64,000 nt of DNA from Paraspadella gotoi (taxonomy: Eukaryota > Animalia > Chaetognatha), in NCBI GenBank assembly GCA_051294375.1, contig CM119265.1:22196278-22260277 (forward strand), given 5' to 3'. Of this stretch, positions 55,640 to 64,000 are shown one piece after another (within the stretch, counting starts at the first letter, position 1; each line of letters starts with the position of its first letter). The translations under genes and the position numbers were made by a program. The notes under the pieces are model-generated. The model saw only the letters and a program-made list of their open reading frames with translations. It ran no database searches and was not told where the DNA came from.

Positions 55640-55642
55640 ATG
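55640..55642 (+). other. Candidate 3-nt microexon (ATG)
   Basis: Pyrimidine tract, branch-like ctaac at 55615, then ctattttag|ATG|gtaagt. Confidence 0.6.
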
Positions 55643-55781
55643 GTAAGTTCATTTCGGTTCCTAAGTTATATTATTCTGTTGTTGCGAAAGTAACTTACCC
55701 CCCCTATCTCTTCCCCCACCTGTCTTCCCCTCCTCTGTTCCCCCCCCCGTCCGTCCCTCTTCTCCAACCCCCTCCAAACAG

Positions 55782-56667
55782 CTTCGAAATAACCCCACTT
55801 CGCCCCCTAATTATCCCCGAACGTTCCCTTCGAATCTCCCGTCGACTTCTCCGCCTCCGCCTGCCGTCGACCGACTCTTCCCCGGAACCGTTCGACGACG
55901 CCGTCCCGTCCTCCCTCTCTCCCTCCCGACTCAGCGGCGCCGATTCTCCGACGCCGCCTCGGCGTCTCGCGACCATCGACGCCGAGACGATGACGCGTCG
56001 CCGACGCTCGTCTCCTCGCGGCGCCGCGCTCATCGATTCGTTCGACGCCGACCGTTCGCCGGCGTCGTCTCCGTCGCCTCCCGCGACGCCGCCTCTGTCT
56101 CCGTCGCCTCCTCCGACTGCGCGCTCCCTTCTCTCGCGATTGGCGGCGGCGGAGTCGGGGGAACCCCTCGAGCTGTCCGTCGACGTTCAGCGCGACTGGG
56201 TCGTTCGGGAAATCGTCGTCGAGGACGTCCGCGTCGACGAGATCCTCGATCGGCGGCGAGAGGCGGCGGCTGCGGCGGCGGTTGCGGCGGCGGAGGAGTA
56301 CGAATCTTCTCGCCGTCGGGGTAGCGGCGTCGGACACGAAGATAATAACAACTACAACAACAACAACAAAGAAATGGCAAAATTTGACGACGACGACGAC
56401 GACGACGATGAAGATGACGACGGTGCCGTAATCAACGAGGAGCCTGAAACGGATCGTCCGGCGACGAATTCTCGGTTGCCGTCTCTCTCGACCGTCTCCG
56501 GCAAACCTTCTCGCTCTTCGATGTCGTCGTCGTCGTCTTGCGCGTCGTCGTCGTCGTCGTCGGCTTCTTCGTCGTCGGCGCTGTCGTCGTCGTCGTTGTC
56601 GCCGATGAACAAAACGTCGACTTTGGGATTGAATCTCGTCGTCGGAGGCGCCGCGACTGATTGTTGA
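55782..56667 (+). CDS. Probable alternative terminal exon of coronin: Pro/Ser/acidic tail ending ATDC
   Basis: Acceptor ccaaacag| at 55781 after a C/T tract; GC-rich frame open to TGA at 56667; AT-rich UTR with AATAAA follows. Frame ambiguity near 55871. Confidence 0.55.
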
Positions 56668-58174
56668 CTTTTTTTTAAACTTAATTCGGGGAGAAATATA
56701 TATATTTTTTTTGTAATAAAAGGGGGAAAAAAAACGAAGGAAAAAATTTATTTAGGTGAGGGGAAAACTTTAGATTATCAACTAATAAAGCAACAATTAA
56801 TGAATTTTGTCAACGTTTTGTCCTTTTTGTATTTTTTTTTAATTTTATTTATATATTTAGATCTAAATGCAAAAAAAAAGGCGTATTAAATATTCCTTTT
56901 TTTTTTAAATTGGCAAAATTTAAATATTTTATCACCAACTCGCGGATCTCAGTAGGGATAGACAGAACATACTGTAATTGAGATGATTAAAATATATTTG
57001 AAGACAATGGATTTATTTCTTTAAAAAATAAACATTTAATTTCATAAAAATCCTCATTTTCGTCTTTGTGTTGTTCGTTCCTCTCGACAAATTCTGTTAT
57101 CGAATAGCCAATGTATATAGTATGCTTCTGTGATACCTGATGAAAAATTGATATTTATTAATCAAAGGAGATTGCGTTTGTTGTCGATCTTACATGTTTT
57201 CAATTCCATTGTTCGTAACATATATTCCCTTTTTTTTTCTAGTCTATTGGCGTTGGTTTCGGAGAATGTTCTTTTGTTCTTCTTTTCGTTTTGAGATTAG
57301 AGAGAAAAAGGTTTGCTACTTTTTGGATTTAACAGTTGAACGACAATCCGTAGCCAGTTTGTTTTTATTTTTTCTCTGAACATAAAAGTTATATAAATAA
57401 CGATATTACTACGATAATTATTACATTGCCTAACCCCTCGACTTTCTGCAGCTTAACGCAGCGACCATAATCATGAACAGTTTGCAAGAATAAAAAAATA
57501 ATGGTGCAATGATATGCTTCAAGCGGCATTCGCTGTTTTTACTTTTTCGAAAGAAAACTCTTGTATACGAAACATGAAATTAATTTAGTGCCATTACAGA
57601 CTCATATCCAAAGGTTTCGCCGAGTGAATGAACTGGTATCTTCGTTTTTATAAAATAAAACTTCTCTTTAATATTTTAGTTAAACTCATTTGCTCACCTT
57701 GTTATTAGGAAAGTAGATTTTGGAATACGAAAAGTAGAAAAAATTCTTAGCTAAATATAGCTTTATACGCTCCCCCCCACCCCCTTCAGAAAAAATAAGG
57801 CCACATAATTCTAGTCTTACACTAACTTAAGTAGCTATTTAAAATAAGAGTAAATAAATAGGTAACGGCTTTTGTTGGGCAACTGCGAGTTAACGCTGTG
57901 AGCGCGAGGCTTTGATTAAGCGTCAGACAAGTCTAGACTCATCCGTTTAAATAGGGTATAGTATAGCTACAGGGATTATTCAGCATTGTTAGGTAATCCG
58001 TGACAAACGCTTTTGAGGATTAGACCGTCTCATTCCCAATTACGTTACTCCGATGTCGTCAACATCTTCTTTTAAAAATCTGGTTTAGTCGCTTTTCCAT
58101 TCGATACTTTATTTAGATTTTTTTTTATCTCTTTCGGAATTTAGTTATTCGAGAGTGAATTTAAAAAGTGAAAG

Positions 58175-59401
58175 ATGCCGCGAGGTGGACGAGGCAGCGG
58201 CGGAAGATCCTGGGGCGGTTTTGGCGGCGGCGGGGGGAAAGCGGCTCGAGGACCTCCGCAACCGGCGCCGAATCCTCGTCCGCATTCGCCGCCGCCGCCG
58301 CAGCACCACGCCCCTGCGCCGCCGCAGCACCACGCCCCTGCGCCGGCGCAGCCCGGGCTGTTGAAGCAGGCGGCCGCGACGGGAGCGGGAGTCGCCGTGG
58401 GTTCGGCCGTCGGCCACGTCGTTGGAAACGCCCTTACTGGTCAGGGATTCTGGGGTCACGATATTAGCTATACTTATTTTAAGACTAATTTGATTCATGA
58501 GCTAGGATGAATGGTATTTGCGGTAGAGGATGATTTCCATTTCAATTAACTATGAAAGGTTCTGCGGGGTTTAATTTAAAGGACGGTTAATAGCCATTTG
58601 TTATACTTATTGGTTAATTACTCGCTGGTTCGATTGGATTGGAATAATTGAACCTAGCGTAGGCACTAGGCAGTGCGATTCTCCGTTAATCCAGGGACAA
58701 GTTCTGATTAACGCGATAATCGTGCGATGTTGTGAAAAGACACAAAATTTCTTGTTATAAGTATCATTTATGGCAATTACGATATTTGCCTTTCTTTCCA
58801 GGCAAGAAACTGTGATCGATGAGGACTGAGGAGTGTGACAAATCATTGAGAATTGAACAGAATCGAAAATGGTTTCTGTTATGACAGTTTTGTAAAGAGA
58901 AAATTGAAATAAAATTCTAGTTTTACCCAATATCCCATATTCTTTAAACAATTACAGATAGTGTATGTCCTTTAGTTAAAGTTGAAACGAAGAACCATTT
59001 TAATTCTTGTTCAATCAGAACGATTTTGACCACTAAGTTTCTTTCACAGCTTAGATTTGTCAAGAGACTATCTGTAAAAAGTCTAACAAGGAGACTAATG
59101 ATGAGGTACAACTTCTATCTTCCACCGAACAGGCAGCGGCGGCGGCAGCGGAGGCCAAGGAGTTCCGCAGCAGAGCGACGGCGGCGACTTCCGTTTCACC
59201 TCAGGCCCGGCTGGGGCAGCTGCCGGCCCGGGCGCCAGCCTGGAGTCCTCGCCGTGTGCGGCCCAACTGCAGAAATTCCTCGACTGCGCTTACACCAACT
59301 TCGAAAACCTGTCACCCTGCGTCCAACTGGCCGAGCTGCTCAAAAATTGCAGGCATTCTTACGGTCTCGAGCCGGAGGGGACAGGCGGTGCCTGGCGATG
59401 A
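58175..59401 (+). CDS. CHCHD2: CHCHD2/CHCHD10 (Mix17)-like twin CX9C protein, paralog 1
   Basis: Exons 58175-58439 and 59133-59401. MPRG start, [30 protein letters not shown] helix, [22 protein letters not shown]. Confidence 0.92.
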
Positions 59402-59788
59402 GCGAGGCCAGAAGGACCGTTGAATTCAGCGCCGAAAGTGAAGGAATTTAAAAGGAAGAAAATTCGTTAAAAGTTGATAAATGAATAATTGAATCCGAGT
59501 ATATGAATAAAGATGGAGTATCAGAATTAGGATATAGAAAGCAACTAATATTACGAAATAAATATTTTTTTACCAATTCACATTTTGACATTTCTAGACG
59601 TGCCATTGCAGGCTAGGACTACACAACAATATGTAATATCTTTCCCTAAAGTATGTTCGTTGCCAGGAGGCGATATATTGGAAATTTAAAATAACAGTTT
59701 TCTAAATCTTCCTACACTATTTAGCGAGTCTTTGGATATTGATAAATTATTTTTTCTCTTTTTTTTATATAAATATTTTTATAAGCCC

Positions 59789-60429
59789 ATGCCACGTGGC
59801 GGCGGCGGACGCGGATTCGGCGGCGGTCGAGGCTGGGGCGGCGGAGGAGGTCATCCGCCGCCCCCGCCGCCGCCGCAGCGTCCGGGGCTGTTAAAGCAGG
59901 CGGCTGCGACTGGCGCTGGCGTCGCGGCAGGAACGGTCGTCGGAAACGCCATAACAGGTAGAAGGGGGGAATAATTATCAGAAGTAAGGGCATATCTAAA
60001 CATATTCAAGGCATGTTAAGACGTGTCAATTGTCAATTGACCGGTCAATTGTGTTTTATTGCTAAATCTAAGTTTTCAGTTTCACCATCGTTACATTAAA
60101 AGCCATATAAAGTAAGATATATACATATACATGTAAATCAATCGGCACCGCCATTTACTGTATCAATCTTTTCTTACCACCTCCCGTCTCCAGGCGGCGG
60201 CCGCGGCGGCTACGATCCAGGATACGGCGGCGGCTACGGCGGCGGCTACGGCGGAGGCGGCGAGGGCGGCCTAGAGTATTCCCCCTGCGCGGGTCAGATG
60301 CAAAAGTTCGTCGACTGCGCCTACTTCAATTCCGACAACCTCGATCCCTGTCAAGGTTTGGCGGTTGCATTGAAGAACTGTCGGCAGAGCTATGGTCTGG
60401 AACCTGCAGGAAGATCGGGATATCGCTGA
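59789..60429 (+). CDS. CHCHD2: CHCHD2/CHCHD10-like twin CX9C protein, paralog 2 (Gly/Tyr-rich)
   Basis: Exons 59789-59957 and 60194-60429, same intron position as paralog 1. CAGQMQKFVDC..CQGLAVALKNC. Confidence 0.9.
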
Positions 60430-61246
60430 ATGAAATGGAGTTGAGGCTGCGAAGAGGAGCGGTAGAGGGTGTAGTGGTGAAAGAAGAGCTAAGGAGTCGT
60501 TTAGAGGGACCGGCGGTGCTTGTGATGAGCGGACCAAATATAACCGAGTCATCGAAACCAAAAGTTTGAAAACCTGGACCCTGGTTTTTTATTTTTTTTT
60601 TTTTTTTAATTTTATTATTAATTCTGCATAGCCAAAGATTTTAGCAAAATAAATCATCGAAACAGTTAAATAAAGATTGTTTTGTGAATCAATTTTTTTG
60701 ACCTCGCCATAAATTAGTTATTAATCAGGAGAGAAAACGTCTTTTCTTTTTTCAATCAAAGATGTAAACATCTAGAACAATTGGATCAAGAAATAACTCA
60801 AGAGATAGAGACAGTCTTCTTTTCAGCTAATTAAGTGTTAAATTTCGTTTGATAAATAAGAAAATAGCAAATATATCCAGAGAGCGAAGAAAAATTGATT
60901 ATATGAAGGCTGCAGCTAATTACAGGATAAGAAGGGAAAGAAATCCTTTTCTTGTTTTCTTGTTTTTATATTCTGATATCATCGATTTTTCATAGAGTGA
61001 CTCGCTTATAAGTAGTTACGCAGTCAATACCTATCTTTGATAAAGAATTTTATTTTTATCAAAACTTTTTCAGTAAGCTCTCTTAGTCTTATTAGCGATT
61101 ATGTCCATAATTCATATGCCTAGACAGTAAGACTAAGACAATATTAACATCAACATAAAATTAACTCTACTAATAATACAAAAAGTTTCTCTCGGAAAAC
61201 TATTGGCCTATTTTTCTTTATTCTTCGTTTCACTCGGAGCTCTGCG

Positions 61247-63625
61247 ATGGATACCCAACTTGTTCTTTTGTTTGTCGGTATTTTTATCAACTTGTCCGAT
61301 TCAGGATCGGACATCAGGCTTACGATCACCTACCTCTCAACACCGGTGAAGATTTTCAAAATCATCGGCTGGATGCTTCTTTCCTCTGTGCTCCTTCACA
61401 GTTTAGCGTCATCTATGTACGGACTGTCCGTGATTCGACAGAACGGACGGCTATTTTCTCGGTTGAACGGACGAACATGGCGATGGCAACTTTTGATCTT
61501 TTTTCATTTGCTCGGTCTGGGTTCGATTCCCGTCGCCATCGATTTATTTTTGGATAAAAAAGAAAATGCGGGCAGCGACGAAATTATGTTGAAGGAAAAT
61601 TTTGATCTCATGATGAATTTGATCCACGCCATTTTCGAATCATTTCCGCAGTTGCTCATACAAGCGGCCACGGTGGTTATATCTTTGACGAGTGGAACTT
61701 CGGAATTATGTTACCCGTTTGAAAGAAGATACGATAGAATAGGATATATGAATGGATACATTCATAATGTACTGGAAGATGGAACGACCGAAGCAACGGA
61801 AAAAACTTGTAAGTGCGTCTTCGTTTTTTACAAATCAAATTCCAGAAATTTCTACTGTCGCTGGCGCTTTGAAGAATGGCCTCTTGTGCTTTCTTTGGCT
61901 TTATCGACCGTAACTTTAGCGAAGTCAGCGGCTTTACATCGTTTTCGCCAATTAAGGTGTCAAGCTAAATTAATATTCAAATATAACCAAGTTAACTATA
62001 TTATGGACATTATTCAAGGCAGTGTCGGAGTATGTATCAGTCTTTATCTTATATCAATCACTGCCTCCAGGATTTCCTTGATCATGATTGTATTTATTCC
62101 TTTTTTGTTATTGAGAGTCTTCACTTTAACCGATCTTAATCAATTATTTTGGAAATTTAAGAATTCTGACATACAAAATGTTATTCAACGTCGTTTCAAT
62201 ATATCTTTACTATTATCCATTCCTCTTTACAGCCTCTTAATATTTTCGACTTGTTTTAATATCGAAAAACAAGTGAGATTGAATTTTAACCGACGATATG
62301 ATCAGCATAATACTCGATTGAAAATATATTGGGGCCTCTCCCACCTTCGTAATAAGAACATTCCTCAGGTAGTTTTATTCGAAAGAGTTTGGAACTCGAC
62401 GTCAGAGACGAATACATTAACTTGCCAAAAAATAAACAGTTTTTTTGGCAACGACAAATTTAAAATTTTTACTTTGGGACAACCTAAAGATTGTATAGAT
62501 CCAAAGTATAAACGTTTTGGGCTCCTGATGAGAAGAGTCCCTTTCGGGTTAATAACCCTAGGAAATTACATCATTTTTTATCCTAATTATATATTTCTTA
62601 TTTCACTAGTTTTGATAGATTTTTTGTTAGGGTCAGTTTTTATTATTTATTTTCTTATTAAACAGCGAACCTTTTTGAAGGAACTAATGGCACTAACAGC
62701 TTTGATAGCTACTCTCTGCGTAATTTTGTTAAATCTACTGTTTTCAGTCACTGTGAACAAGGAATATATAAAATACAATGTTGAAAGCATGTTTAAGACG
62801 GAGATGTACATGGTTGCAAAACTCATTTCAGGTTTTTCCCCAACGGTCTTTAGCACTTTTTTGGCAATTATGTTTGAGCGTCTTCTTTATCCGATGAACA
62901 CAAAAAATCCATTACTATATTTGCTCAGCATTTTTTCGGCAATTTTGCCTATAGCGGTTTTTTTCTGGAAACCAGATGATTTTTCGAAAAGCTTTCCGAA
63001 AGAGTTTTTGGATTTTTGCGACTTTAATTTGAACGTTTCTAAGCCTGAAGCGATACAAATGTGGAAAACAATAACCATTAAAATGTTCGTGGTTATTTTC
63101 CAGAAAGAAAATTTTTTTCTTTATTTTTGCCTCTCATTTTTCCCATCCTTCGGGGCCATTACCGTTCTAATACCTAAATTGATAAAAAAGCATTACATTG
63201 TACAAATTGTTTCAAAAAGTTTTATCGTCTCACATGTTGCTTTATTTTTCGGCATTTACGTCATTATGGATTTCATACCGAAAATCAACGAAGTTAAAAC
63301 ATATTTGTCGGTCAGACACGGATTATTGGTAGGAAATACCTATTACCCAGTGTATCAGCCGCACTTCGATAGAGAGGAATTCAAATCGATCTATGGAGTC
63401 ACAAATATTTTGGATCGATGCCGAGAAAGTTTGATGATTCCGAAATCGGATCGATATCCGTGGTTACTTGGGTATCATATAAGAGCGGTGCGTCTCTTCG
63501 CGGCCCTGATCGAGCGAGCGACTAAAGACGAGGCAAATTTTTTATCGGTTTGGTATTGGGTTTTACCGGCGTCCGCTTTGCTGTNNNNNNNNNNCTGTTA
63601 TCGAGCATCAAAAAAAATGAGTTAA
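61247..63625 (+). CDS. XK-related (XKR-like) multipass membrane protein, intronless, ~790 aa; 3' end uncertain because of an N-gap
   Basis: XK-like motifs SDSGSDIRLTITY and HAIFESFPQLLIQ; many hydrophobic segments; Ns at 63585-63595. Confidence 0.7.
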   Translation: MDTQLVLLFVGIFINLSDSGSDIRLTITYLSTPVKIFKIIGWMLLSSVLLHSLASSMYGLSVIRQNGRLFSRLNGRTWRWQLLIFFHLLGLGSIPVAIDLFLDKKENAGSDEIMLKENFDLMMNLIHAIFESFPQLLIQAATVVISLTSGTSELCYPFERRYDRIGYMNGYIHNVLEDGTTEATEKTCKCVFVFYKSNSRNFYCRWRFEEWPLVLSLALSTVTLAKSAALHRFRQLRCQAKLIFKYNQVNYIMDIIQGSVGVCISLYLISITASRISLIMIVFIPFLLLRVFTLTDLNQLFWKFKNSDIQNVIQRRFNISLLLSIPLYSLLIFSTCFNIEKQVRLNFNRRYDQHNTRLKIYWGLSHLRNKNIPQVVLFERVWNSTSETNTLTCQKINSFFGNDKFKIFTLGQPKDCIDPKYKRFGLLMRRVPFGLITLGNYIIFYPNYIFLISLVLIDFLLGSVFIIYFLIKQRTFLKELMALTALIATLCVILLNLLFSVTVNKEYIKYNVESMFKTEMYMVAKLISGFSPTVFSTFLAIMFERLLYPMNTKNPLLYLLSIFSAILPIAVFFWKPDDFSKSFPKEFLDFCDFNLNVSKPEAIQMWKTITIKMFVVIFQKENFFLYFCLSFFPSFGAITVLIPKLIKKHYIVQIVSKSFIVSHVALFFGIYVIMDFIPKINEVKTYLSVRHGLLVGNTYYPVYQPHFDREEFKSIYGVTNILDRCRESLMIPKSDRYPWLLGYHIRAVRLFAALIERATKDEANFLSVWYWVLPASALLXXXXCYRASKKMS

Positions 63626-64000
63626 ACAATGATATTTCTCACTGATCGTTCAACGTTCGTATATTTCCGTTTAATAGAGCATATGTTGTTAATTGATTTT
63701 ATGATATGATATTATAATTGATAACTACTAATCGTTTAAGGATTTTTGAAACGCTTTTTTATTGCCATTACTGGCTTTAAATTTTACTGATAATTCGGAG
63801 ATAAAAACCTCTTGTGACACATAAACTTATTCTAAATTTGTTTTCTAGTTAACTTGGTGAAATTTATTTGAATCTGAGATGCCTATTTAAACCCCTGCCA
63901 GTTGCTGTCGTTCCCTTTCTTATTCCTCGTACATCTCGTTTTTTAATTTTGTCGCGAATAAATTTAATCAAACTTTTTTTTAAAATTAAACTTAGGAAAA

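Noticed and set aside
57990-59790. Operon or trans-splicing of the CHCHD pair
   Set aside because: The acceptors before each ATG have plausible cis donors (57993 gtaatc, 59651 gtatgt), consistent with ordinary 5'UTR introns.

Overview
AT-rich, microsatellite-dense invertebrate-type animal genomic DNA with GC-rich exons and two N-gaps; the species cannot be identified. Genes read by hand: (-) an unidentified low-complexity protein with a 31-aa repeat ('gene A') running straight into a TTC16-like TPR gene; (+) an NR1I/NR1J-like nuclear receptor with a single-exon CDS, a variant P-box and no helix 12; (-) lambda-crystallin CRYL1; (+) a type II-like coronin with several candidate first exons, a 3-nt ATG microexon and alternative 3' ends, whose first exons are duplicated across an assembly gap; two tandem CHCHD2/10-like paralogs; and an intronless XK-related multipass membrane ORF. 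The best novelty candidate is gene A's last exon. It ends in one UGA followed in frame by 117 Met-less codons and then TTC16, with a hairpin 10 nt downstream of the stop, which suggests a readthrough or bicistronic unit. All family calls come from motif recognition; no searches were run.
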